Source: Vibrio cholerae ATCC 14035 (lineage in GTDB: Bacteria; Pseudomonadota; Gammaproteobacteria; Enterobacterales; Vibrionaceae). From it: 32,000 bases of DNA. Of this stretch, positions 1 to 7,657 are shown in pieces. The notes beneath the pieces were generated by a model. It made no database searches. It saw only the letters and a list, made by a program, of their open reading frames with translations, and was not told the origin of the DNA. The stretch is taken from positions 81,717 through 113,716 of the forward strand of contig NZ_KK211322.1 of assembly GCF_000621645.1 (NCBI RefSeq), written 5' to 3'. Position 1 is the stretch's first letter; every line of letters begins with the position of its first letter. A program made the position numbers and the translations under genes.

Positions 1-434
1 TGCCGGCAAAAAGCAAAGCACGTAAGGATAAACTATTAGAGATCGCGAAAGTGAGCCGTACCTGTATTTTTTATGAATCGCCACACCGGATCTGCGAGTC
101 ACTGCAAGATATGTTAGATGTACTTGGTGGCGAGCGTGAAGTGGTACTTGCCCGTGAACTCACCAAAACCTTCGAAACAATTCAAGGTATGCCTTTGGCT
201 GAGTTGATTACGTGGATTGCTGAAGATGATAACCGTAAGAAAGGCGAAATGGTGCTGTTGGTGCATGGATATCGGGATGCGGGTGAGCAGCAACTGCCAG
301 ATGAGGCTCTACGCACCTTAACGATTTTGACTAAAGAGCTGCCATTGAAAAAAGCTGCTGCCTTAGTGGCTGAAATTCACCAGTTGAAAAAGAATGCATT
401 GTATAAATGGGGCTTGGAGAATTTAGGCGAATAA
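1..434 (+). CDS. rsmI: 16S rRNA (cytidine1402-2'-O)-methyltransferase RsmI, C-terminal fragment (5' end lies upstream of the window)
   Basis: Frame 3 is open from base 3 (..[30 protein letters not shown]..). The [17 protein letters not shown] and [21 protein letters not shown] blocks match the C-terminus of E. coli RsmI/YraL as I recall it. Stop codon TAA at 432-434. Confidence 0.9.
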   Translation, partial: PAKSKARKDKLLEIAKVSRTCIFYESPHRICESLQDMLDVLGGEREVVLARELTKTFETIQGMPLAELITWIAEDDNRKKGEMVLLVHGYRDAGEQQLPDEALRTLTILTKELPLKKAAALVAEIHQLKKNALYKWGLENLGE

Positions 435-449
435 TTTTCTCTTCTATCC

Positions 450-572
450 ATTTCCTACTTGAAGCTGTAGCGGTGTTGGCAGAATTTGCTCACCCCAATC
501 ACAGAGTGTATCTATGCTCGTGGGGATTCACTCATTTGCCGCCGGCCTGCAACACCAAGTCGTTTAGGTATA
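450..572. repeat. ERIC/IRU-like imperfect palindromic repeat, copy 1 (about 120 bp)
   Basis: Left arm 454-497 (CCTACTTGAAGCTGTAGCGGTGTTGGCAGAATTTGCTCACCCCA) is largely complementary to right arm 521-568 (TGGGGATTCACTCATTTGCCGCCGGCCTGCAACACCAAGTCGTTTAGG). The reverse complement of the core (GTGAATCCCCA...TGATTGGGGTGAGCA) resembles the ERIC consensus core. Related copies occur at 4752-4944 and 19252-19376. Confidence 0.8.
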
Positions 573-605
573 TTTATTACCGCTGGAAGTGATACCCATC
601 TGAAA

Positions 606-634
606 ACAAAAAAGGGCGCGGATGCGCCCTTTGT
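606..634 (-). terminator. Rho-independent terminator of hapR; the hairpin is shared with convergent rsmI
   Basis: Stem AAAGGGCGC (611-619), loop GGAT, stem GCGCCCTTT (624-632). On the - strand the hairpin is followed by TTTTTTGTTTT. It lies 16 nt past the hapR stop. Confidence 0.8.
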
Positions 635-647
635 GCTGCCCAAGAAA

Positions 648-1259
648 CTAGTTCTTATAGATACACAGCATATTGAGGTAGCTATCGGCCAACTTATACA
701 CTGCTTCTTGTTCACCTAAACGGTTCACTTGTAAGAAGATGGAGTAGAAGATGCCGTGGAACAGGCTGGCCATGTTATCGACATCGTGTTTCTCACACAA
801 TTCGCCACGCTCCATCGCTTTCATAAACATGTTTCTGATCAGCAGTTGGTTAGTTCGGTTGGTGGAAACAAACAGTGGCCAAACTTCGTCACGGGTTGAA
901 GCACTCCACTCAAACCAGACTTTGAGCCAGTGACAATCGGTCATCGCCAATTTCACCATCTCTTTGCACAGAGTTTGTAGGTTGGTTTTCACATCCAAAT
1001 CAAGATCGATGTGATCGGTCAAGAAGTTGGAGTACTGACGAACCACAAAATTCAGCACATCGTCAACCAAGTCTTCACGAGTTGGGAAGTAGTTGAACAC
1101 TGTTGCAACGGAGACTTGCGCAATCTCGGCAATATCTGCGTGACCACCACGACCAATGCCGCGTTTAGCAAACACTTCCAACGCGATTTCCATCAGTTGT
1201 AGTTTGCGTTTTTGAGGCGATAGCCGAGTTCGAGGGCGTTTTTCGATTGATGCGTCCAT
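648..1259 (-). CDS. hapR: Quorum-sensing master regulator HapR (TetR/LuxR-type), full-length 203 aa
   Basis: The product MDASIEKRPRTRLSPQKRKLQLMEIALEVFAKRGIGRGGHADIAEIAQVSVATVFNYFPTRE...LNMLCIYKN matches V. cholerae HapR as I recall it. AAGGA lies about 9 nt upstream of the ATG at 1259. The 216-aa ORF-track start at 1298 falls in the 5' UTR. Confidence 0.95.
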   Translation of the reverse strand: MDASIEKRPRTRLSPQKRKLQLMEIALEVFAKRGIGRGGHADIAEIAQVSVATVFNYFPTREDLVDDVLNFVVRQYSNFLTDHIDLDLDVKTNLQTLCKEMVKLAMTDCHWLKVWFEWSASTRDEVWPLFVSTNRTNQLLIRNMFMKAMERGELCEKHDVDNMASLFHGIFYSIFLQVNRLGEQEAVYKLADSYLNMLCIYKN

Positions 1260-1267
1260 AGGGGTAT

Positions 1268-1292
1268 ATCCTTGCCAATTGAGTTGTTGATT
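1268..1292 (-). promoter_or_regulatory. Probable Qrr sRNA pairing region in the hapR 5' UTR, overlapping the Shine-Dalgarno sequence
   Basis: The mRNA reads ..CAAUCAACAACUCAAUUGGCAAGGAUAU.. . AACAAC, UCA and UUGGC are complementary to the conserved Qrr core as I remember it (..AGCCAACUGACGUUGUUAG..). Qrr1-4/Hfq repression of hapR through its 5' UTR is established. The exact duplex needs alignment to real Qrr sequences. Confidence 0.5.
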
Positions 1293-1343
1293 GAGCATTT
1301 TGCTCTAATGATTATTTTGTTATTTGCTACTTAAAGCCCTATG

Positions 1344-1372
1344 AGTGTAATGGTGCATATATTCAAGGTCAA
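1344..1372 (-). promoter_or_regulatory. Candidate sigma70 promoter of hapR (TTGACC-N17-TACACT)
   Basis: The - strand reads TTGACC (1372-1367), then 17 nt, then TACACT (1349-1344). This predicts a 5' UTR of about 75-80 nt. An AT-rich degenerate LuxR-type dyad (CTAATGATTATTTTGTTATTTG, 1304-1325) lies just downstream, where HapR autorepression is reported. Confidence 0.5.
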
Positions 1373-1554
1373 TCTCTGTTGGGTGAAAAATGTGCAACTA
1401 TGTTAATTATTTGTCGTTTCAGCTTGTTTTATTGAGTGGGTACATAACAAAGCGAGGATGAGTAGGGAAACGATTAACAGGATTTGAGTGAAGTGGTACT
1501 ATACGCGCCACCAAAGTCAGCGATACTGACATCGCCCAACACAACGAGAATGGT

Positions 1555-2088
1555 ATGAAACACACAGTTGAAGTCATGATTTCTGAGCAAGAGGTCGCCC
1601 AGCGCATTCGCGAATTAGGTCAACAGATCACTGAGCATTATCAAGGGAGTAGTGATTTAGTTTTGGTTGGATTGCTGCGTGGTTCTTTTGTTTTTATGGC
1701 GGATCTTGCTCGTCAAATTCATCTGACTCATCAAGTCGATTTTATGACCGCCTCTAGCTATGGCAACAGTATGCAAAGCTCACGTGATGTGCGCATTCTG
1801 AAAGATCTCGATGATGACATCAAAGGTAAAGATGTATTGCTGGTGGAAGATATTATCGATACAGGGAATACCTTAAACAAAGTGAAAGAGATTCTGGCGC
1901 TGCGTGAGCCTAAATCGATCCGTATTTGCACACTATTGGATAAGCCAACCCGTCGTGAAGTGGACGTTGAAGTGAATTGGGTCGGTTTTGAAATTCCTGA
2001 CGAATTTGTGGTCGGTGTCGGTATCGACTACGCGCAGAAATATCGTCACCTACCTTATATTGGCAAAGTGGTGCCTTTGGCGGAATAA
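1555..2088 (+). CDS. hpt: Hypoxanthine phosphoribosyltransferase
   Basis: The 177-aa product [14 protein letters not shown]...[13 protein letters not shown] (PRPP-binding motif)...[17 protein letters not shown] is close to E. coli Hpt along its whole length. Confidence 0.95.
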   Translation: MKHTVEVMISEQEVAQRIRELGQQITEHYQGSSDLVLVGLLRGSFVFMADLARQIHLTHQVDFMTASSYGNSMQSSRDVRILKDLDDDIKGKDVLLVEDIIDTGNTLNKVKEILALREPKSIRICTLLDKPTRREVDVEVNWVGFEIPDEFVVGVGIDYAQKYRHLPYIGKVVPLAE

Positions 2089-2122
2089 CCTAAGCTCACG
2101 ATTGACAATAAAAGATTGCCGA

Positions 2123-2148
2123 CAACGCCCACGCACTCGTGGGCGTTG
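2123..2148. terminator. Hairpin between convergent hpt and can, probably a shared terminator
   Basis: CAACGCCCAC(G) pairs with (C)GTGGGCGTTG, a 10-11 bp GC-rich stem. The U-tracts are weak on both strands (CTCTTT on +). Confidence 0.45.
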
Positions 2149-2162
2149 CTCTTTGGAGAGAA

Positions 2163-2831
2163 TTAACGACACAGTAGGCGATGATTCGGATTGAGTATCT
2201 TCTCTAACGCTTTGTGGTAATTATCTTCCACTGCACTGCGTGACGCGCAGCGTACACCGAGATATTCCAGTCGGCCATCCTCGATACCGTAGACAAAACC
2301 GTGTACTTCTACTGCTTGTCCACGCTCCCAAGCATTCTGTAACACGGTTGAGTTAGCCAAGTTGTAGACTTGCTCGGCGACATTGATTTCTGCCAGTTTA
2401 TCGGAGCGATCTTCGGCAGGCATCTGATCGAGATATTCACGATGTTTAAGGTAGTAATCGCGAATATGCAGCAACCAGTTATTGATTAAGCCAAGTTGTG
2501 GATTATCGATCGCCGCAGTAACCCCACCACACCCATAGTGGCCGCACACAATGATGTGTTTGACTTGCAGCACATCGACCGCATACTGAACGACAGAAAG
2601 ACAGTTGAGATCGGTATGGATAACTTGATTGGCAACGTTACGGTGGACAAATAATTCCCCCGAGTAAAGGCCAGTGAGCCGTTCGGCTGGCACTCGGCTG
2701 TCTGCACATCCTATCCACAAAAAATCCGGGTTTTGCCCTTTAGCGAGTTTGGCAAAATATTCCGGAGTTTCTGCTTTGATCGATTCAGACCATTTTGAGT
2801 TGTTCTCAAAAAGTTGTTTAATTTCTGGCAT
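2163..2831 (-). CDS. can: Beta-class carbonic anhydrase (Can/CynT2 type)
   Basis: The 222-aa product has the Zn-ligand motifs CADSRVP and HYGCGG, plus [29 protein letters not shown]. It is nearly collinear with E. coli Can. Confidence 0.93.
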   Translation of the reverse strand: MPEIKQLFENNSKWSESIKAETPEYFAKLAKGQNPDFLWIGCADSRVPAERLTGLYSGELFVHRNVANQVIHTDLNCLSVVQYAVDVLQVKHIIVCGHYGCGGVTAAIDNPQLGLINNWLLHIRDYYLKHREYLDQMPAEDRSDKLAEINVAEQVYNLANSTVLQNAWERGQAVEVHGFVYGIEDGRLEYLGVRCASRSAVEDNYHKALEKILNPNHRLLCR

Positions 2832-2978
2832 CTTACTTCCCTTAAATAATTGCCAACAATATACACAATGTTACAAATTCAAGCTCATCTAATTTACTTT
2901 CTGCTTAACTCATCTGACGTGTTTTTACAACATTGGTTTTAAACTAGGGTCATTCGATGACACCTTAAGGAATAGTGC

Positions 2979-4625
2979 GTGTTTCAGGCTAGATTTGCGG
3001 ATCTTAATTTACGTTGTGACCTGTTTGGTGGGGTAACCACCGCCATCATTTCACTGCCATTAGCGTTAGCGTTTGGGGTCGCTTCCGGTGCAGGAGCAGA
3101 GGCGGGTCTGTGGGGTGCCATTTTAGTCGGCTTTTTTGCCGCCTTATTTGGAGGCTCCTCCACTCTGATTTCAGAGCCAACAGGGCCGATGACGGTGATC
3201 ATGACGGCGATTTTAACCGCCATGGTGGCACGTTACCCTGAATCGGGCGCGGCGATTGCCTTTACCGTTGTCATGATGGCCGGTGCATTTCAGATTTTGC
3301 TCGGTACTCTCAAGCTCGGTAAATACATTACGCTGATGCCATACAGCGTGGTTTCAGGCTTTATGTCCGGTATCGGGGTGATCCTGATTATCCTGCAACT
3401 CTCACCACTGCTCGGGCACCCTTCTCCTGGTGGCGGTGTGCTTGGGACTTTATCTGCGTTGCCCGATTTGCTCGCCAATTTAAAATTCAGCGAGCTGTTT
3501 TTGGGCTTACTCACCCTCGGAATTTTGTTTTTTTTACCACAAAAATACCGCAAGCAAGTTCCTGCGCAGTTGGTCGCCTTGGTCGTCGTGACTCTGTTTT
3601 CGGTGATTTTCTTTGATACTGATGATATTCGCCGGATTGGTGAAATCCCTGCAGGTTTACCGAGTATCGTCGTCCCTACTTTCACTGGCGATATTGTCGT
3701 GACCATGGTGATTGATGCCCTTGTACTCGGTACGCTGGGTTGTATTGATACGCTGTTAACGGCAGTCATTGGCGATTCTCTCACGCGTAAAGAGCATGAT
3801 TCGGATCGCGAGCTGCAAGGGCAGGGAATTGCCAATATGGTCGCGGGATTATTTGGTGCTTTACCCGGTGCGGGAGCCACCATGGGCACAGTCACCAACA
3901 TTCAAGTGGGCGCTCGTTCGCCATTGTCTGGTGTGACTCGCGCTTTAATGTTGGCGCTGGTGGTGTTAGTCGCTGGTGGGTTGACTGAGCCAATCCCCAT
4001 GGCGGTATTGGCCGGTATCGCGGTGTATGTTGGGGTGAATATCCTCGACTGGGCATTTATTCAACGTGCGCACAAAATCAGTCTGCAAGGTATGGCCATC
4101 ATGTATGGCGTTATGTTGCTGACCGTTTTTGTCGATCTGATTGTGGCGGTTGGCCTTGGTGTGTTCATCTCCAACATTCTGGTTATTGAACGTTTAAGCC
4201 GTGAGCAGGCACGCCAAGTCAAGGCGATCAGTGACGCGGATGACGATGATGTGCCACTGACGGAGAGTGAACGTAAGCTGCTGGATAAAGCCAATGGTAA
4301 GGTGCTGTTTTTCTACCTATCAGGGCCGATGATTTTCAGTGTCTCGAAAGCCATTACGCGCCAGCACAGCAGTGTCGATCAATATCAAGCGATGATTCTC
4401 GATCTAACCGATGTCCCTATGATTGATGTCACCGTTGGCTTGGCGTTAGAAAACGCGATTCGTGATGCGCAGGAAGCGCATTGTGAAGTCTATTTACTCT
4501 GTCCTAATGAAAAAACGCGTGCCGAATTAGAAAAGTTTAAGGTCATAGATCTGGTTCCGGATCAGAATATGTTTACCTTCCGTTATGAAGCGCTTAATGC
4601 GGCAGTCAAACAGGTGAATACGTAA
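2979..4625 (+). CDS. SulP-family anion transporter with C-terminal STAS domain (annotated generically as sulfate permease; substrate unknown)
   Basis: The 548-aa product has a GTG start with AAGGA 7 nt upstream. It is a multi-TM glycine-rich hydrophobic core (..GGVTTAIISLPLALAFGVASG..) followed by a soluble tail (KVLFFYLSGPMIFSV...MILDLTDVPMIDVT..) typical of STAS. Confidence 0.88.
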   Translation: MFQARFADLNLRCDLFGGVTTAIISLPLALAFGVASGAGAEAGLWGAILVGFFAALFGGSSTLISEPTGPMTVIMTAILTAMVARYPESGAAIAFTVVMMAGAFQILLGTLKLGKYITLMPYSVVSGFMSGIGVILIILQLSPLLGHPSPGGGVLGTLSALPDLLANLKFSELFLGLLTLGILFFLPQKYRKQVPAQLVALVVVTLFSVIFFDTDDIRRIGEIPAGLPSIVVPTFTGDIVVTMVIDALVLGTLGCIDTLLTAVIGDSLTRKEHDSDRELQGQGIANMVAGLFGALPGAGATMGTVTNIQVGARSPLSGVTRALMLALVVLVAGGLTEPIPMAVLAGIAVYVGVNILDWAFIQRAHKISLQGMAIMYGVMLLTVFVDLIVAVGLGVFISNILVIERLSREQARQVKAISDADDDDVPLTESERKLLDKANGKVLFFYLSGPMIFSVSKAITRQHSSVDQYQAMILDLTDVPMIDVTVGLALENAIRDAQEAHCEVYLLCPNEKTRAELEKFKVIDLVPDQNMFTFRYEALNAAVKQVNT

Positions 4626-4648
4626 CTCGGCGTTGATGGTGATGGCCG

Positions 4649-4676
4649 AAATGCCGCAGTCATGCGGCATTTTTGT
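4649..4676 (+). terminator. Rho-independent terminator after the SulP gene
   Basis: AAATGCCGCA, loop GTCA, TGCGGCATTT, followed by TTTTG. It starts 24 nt after the stop. Confidence 0.8.
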
Positions 4677-4751
4677 CTCTGATCTTTGAATGCAGGGCAA
4701 GCCTATAATATTAGCTATTTCTGTATTAATCATTGCCCTTAGCCAATATCC

Positions 4752-4944
4752 CCTTCCTACTTGAAGTTGCAGCGGTATTGGCTACGTTTGCTCACCCCAA
4801 TCACACAGTTTATCTATGCTCATGGGGATTATGAGAGCCATCCTTGGCTCTCACCAAAGGCCAGCCGATGGCTGTGCAAATTTGTTCCAGACAAATTTGT
4901 CACTTACTTGCCGCCTAGCTGCAATTCCAAGTAGTTTTGGTATA
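4752..4944. repeat. ERIC/IRU-like repeat, copy 2, interrupted by a 70-bp insert (4831-4900)
   Basis: 4756-4830 aligns with 454-528 and 4901-4944 aligns with 529-572. The extra 70 bp sits exactly between GGGGATT and CACT and folds into three hairpins. Confidence 0.8.
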
Positions 4945-5008
4945 AAGGGTTGAAAAAGCGCCATACAAGCGCAACATCCTTGTTGTTATTGATAACAAGG
5001 TTCCTACC

Positions 5009-5926
5009 ATGTACGCACTGGAAATAGAACAACTTAGAAAAACCTATGCCGGTGGCTTTGAAGCCCTCAAAGGCATTAGTCTACAAGTCAAAAAAGGCGA
5101 TTTTTACGCTCTGCTGGGACCCAATGGTGCGGGGAAGTCGACCACCATTGGCATCATCTCATCGCTGGTCAATAAAACCTCCGGCAAAGTCACAGTATTT
5201 GGTTACGATCTCGATTCTCAACTGGAACTTGCCAAACAGAAGCTTGGTTTAGTACCGCAAGAATTTAACTTCAACCCGTTTGAAACGGTCGAGCAGATTG
5301 TTTTGCAGCAAGCCGGTTACTATGGCGTACCGAAAGCGTTAGCCAAAGAGCGCGCGAAAAAGTACCTGACTCAGCTCGATTTGTGGGAAAAACGCAGCGA
5401 ACGAGCAAGAAACCTCTCTGGCGGCATGAAGCGCCGTTTGATGATTGCGCGTGCATTAATGCATGAGCCGCAACTGCTGATTCTTGATGAGCCAACCGCT
5501 GGCGTTGATATCGAACTGCGCCGTTCCATGTGGGAGTTTCTCAAGCAAATCAACGCGCAAGGTGTGACGATCATTCTCACCACTCACTATCTCGAAGAAG
5601 CGGAAATGCTCTGTCGCCATATTGGCATCATTCAACGCGGCGAGCTGATTGAAAACACCACCATGAAATCTCTGCTTGATAAGTTGCACGTTGAGACGTT
5701 TGTTCTCGATGTGGATGGCAACGCACCCATTGCACCGCTGCAAGGAGTGGTTAAACAGCAGATGGTGGAAGGCTCGCTGGAGATTGAATTAGAAAAAAGC
5801 CAAGGGATCAACCATGTGTTTACCCAACTTACCGAACAAGGGGTGAAAGTGCTGTCGATGCGCAACAAAGTGAACCGTTTGGAAGAGCTGTTTGTCAGCA
5901 TAGTCAACAGTGGTAAGCGAGGTTAA
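5009..5926 (+). CDS. yadG: ABC transporter ATP-binding protein, YadG-like (ABC-2 exporter)
   Basis: The 305-aa product has Walker A GPNGAGKST, the signature LSGGMKRRL and Walker B LLILDEPT. It is close to E. coli YadG over its full length (..GLVPQEFNFNPFETV.., ..MRNKVNRLEELFV..). Confidence 0.9.
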   Translation: MYALEIEQLRKTYAGGFEALKGISLQVKKGDFYALLGPNGAGKSTTIGIISSLVNKTSGKVTVFGYDLDSQLELAKQKLGLVPQEFNFNPFETVEQIVLQQAGYYGVPKALAKERAKKYLTQLDLWEKRSERARNLSGGMKRRLMIARALMHEPQLLILDEPTAGVDIELRRSMWEFLKQINAQGVTIILTTHYLEEAEMLCRHIGIIQRGELIENTTMKSLLDKLHVETFVLDVDGNAPIAPLQGVVKQQMVEGSLEIELEKSQGINHVFTQLTEQGVKVLSMRNKVNRLEELFVSIVNSGKRG

Positions 5927-5931
5927 TCAGC

Positions 5932-6702
5932 ATGTATCAAATTTATTGGACGGCATTTTGTAGTCTGCTCGGCAAAGAAATTAACCGGTTTACCCGTATT
6001 TGGGTGCAAACTTTGGTTCCACCCGCCATCACTATGACGCTGTACTTCATCATCTTCGGTAATTTGATTGGCTCTCGAATCGGCCAGATGAACGGTTTCA
6101 GCTACATGGAGTACATCGTACCCGGTCTCATTATGATGTCGGTGATCACCAACTCTTATTCCAATGTGGCATCCTCTTTCTTTAGCTCTAAGTTTCAAAA
6201 GAACATTGAAGAGCTGTTAGTCGCTCCTGTGCCAAACTATGTGATTATCGCAGGTTACGTGATGGGCGGCGTCGCGCGTGGATTGTTGGTGGGGGCTATG
6301 GTGACAGCGGTTTCACTATTGTTTGTCGATTTGCAGGTCGATCATTGGGGCATCATTATTGCGACGGTATTTTTAACCTCGGTGGTGTTTTCACTCGGTG
6401 GATTGATTAACGCGGTGTTTGCCAAAACGTTTGATGATATCTCAATTGTTCCGACCTTCGTGCTGACGCCGCTGACTTACCTTGGTGGGGTATTTTATTC
6501 GATTAGCTTGCTGCCGGAGTTTTGGCAAAGTGTCTCGAAGATCAATCCGATTGTCTACATGGTCAATGCGTTCCGCTACGGTTTCCTTGGCGTGTCGGAT
6601 GTGGATATCATGACTTCGTTTGCAGTGTTAATGGCATTTGTGGTGGCGCTGTACTGTGTGGCGCATTATTTAGTGACCAAAGGCAAAGGGCTGCGCAGCT
6701 AA
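5932..6702 (+). CDS. yadH: ABC-2 type transporter permease, YadH-like
   Basis: The 256-aa product is hydrophobic with about 6 TM segments. It starts 5 nt after the yadG stop, and the pairing with yadG is conserved in E. coli. Confidence 0.88.
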   Translation: MYQIYWTAFCSLLGKEINRFTRIWVQTLVPPAITMTLYFIIFGNLIGSRIGQMNGFSYMEYIVPGLIMMSVITNSYSNVASSFFSSKFQKNIEELLVAPVPNYVIIAGYVMGGVARGLLVGAMVTAVSLLFVDLQVDHWGIIIATVFLTSVVFSLGGLINAVFAKTFDDISIVPTFVLTPLTYLGGVFYSISLLPEFWQSVSKINPIVYMVNAFRYGFLGVSDVDIMTSFAVLMAFVVALYCVAHYLVTKGKGLRS

Positions 6703-6719
6703 TCAGACAATCGATATAG

Positions 6720-6748
6720 AAAAGGTCAACCGAGGTTGACCTTTTTTG
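6720..6748. terminator. Bidirectional rho-independent terminator between yadH (+) and panC (-)
   Basis: AAAAGGTCAAC, loop CGAG, GTTGACCTTTTTT. The A-run and T-run flank a 7-bp stem, so it can terminate in both directions. Confidence 0.85.
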
Positions 6749-6765
6749 ATCCAGAGACAAGAGGA

Positions 6766-7647
6766 TTATTCTTCTTCGCTACTGGCTTTGGTGTCGGTTT
6801 GCAGATCGAGAACTTGGTTATCAATCAAACGCACTTTACCGAGGAAAGCGGACATCAGGATCACGGCTTGCTTACTCTCACTGCTGATAGGTAGCAGAGT
6901 GCGTGCATCACGGATGAAGATTTCATCTGGCTCTAAATCGGCCGCACGCAACTGATCCACTGCATCTTCAATGATTGATGGATAATCATCGCGACCACCA
7001 CGAATGGCGCTACTGATCCAGCGCATAGTGCGCGCCAAAACGGGCGCACGTTGGCGCTCATCCAGCGTCAGCAAATTATTACGTGAACTCATGGCAAGGC
7101 CATCTAACTCACGTACGGTCGCTACGCCTACAATCTCAATATCCATGCACAAGTCTTCTACCATTTGACGGATCACCGCCAATTGCTGGAAATCTTTTTC
7201 GCCAAAGCAAGCGACATCTGGCTGCACAATATTAAACAGTTTAGTGACAATGGTCGCGACGCCACGGAAATGTCCCGGACGCGATGCGCCTTCGAGCATG
7301 TAAGAGAGCCCTGGCACTTCAACAAAGGTCTGCTTATCCAACCCTTGTGGGTACATGGTTTCGGGTGTCGGCGTTAAAACCAGATCAACCCCTTCGCCGT
7401 TGAGTTTGCTTAGGTCTTCTTCAAGCGTACGTGGGTAATTTTTCAAATCTTCTGCGCGATCAAACTGCATCGGATTGACGAAAATACTCACCACGACGAC
7501 GTCAGCGAGCTCACGAGCTTTACGAACCAGGGTTAAATGGCCTTCGTGTAAATTACCCATGGTCGGTACAAAAGCGACGCGGCGACCTTCGCGCTTGATC
7601 TGTTTGATCTGCTCGCGAAGAACGGCGATGTCAGCAAAAACTTGCAT
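6766..7647 (-). CDS. panC: Pantoate--beta-alanine ligase (pantothenate synthetase)
   Basis: The 293-aa product starts [41 protein letters not shown] (HxGH motif). AAGGAG precedes the ATG at 7647. The longer ORF-track start at 7797 would overlap panB and adds non-homologous sequence. Confidence 0.93.
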
Positions 7648-7657
7648 GTATGACTCC

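Noticed and set aside
486-719. Small ORFs (77 aa on +, 67 aa on -) across the ERIC copy and the hapR terminator
   Set aside because: They are made of repeat and terminator sequence, overlap the hapR 3' end, and have no ribosome-binding site.
648-1298. Longer 216-aa version of the hapR ORF starting MLNQQLNWQGYTP
   Set aside because: HapR homology starts at MDASIEK (ATG at 1259), which has its own AAGGA. The extension lies in the leader that carries the Qrr-pairing sequence.
1455-1475. GGGAAACGATTAACAGG upstream of hpt, considered as a PurR box
   Set aside because: It is a poor match to ACGCAAACGTTTGCGT, with several mismatches in the core half-sites. That is not enough to call.
3290-3901. 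203-aa - strand ORF antisense to the SulP gene
   Set aside because: This is a shadow ORF within a clearly homologous transporter gene. It is low-complexity Ser/Pro/Thr-rich with no start context.
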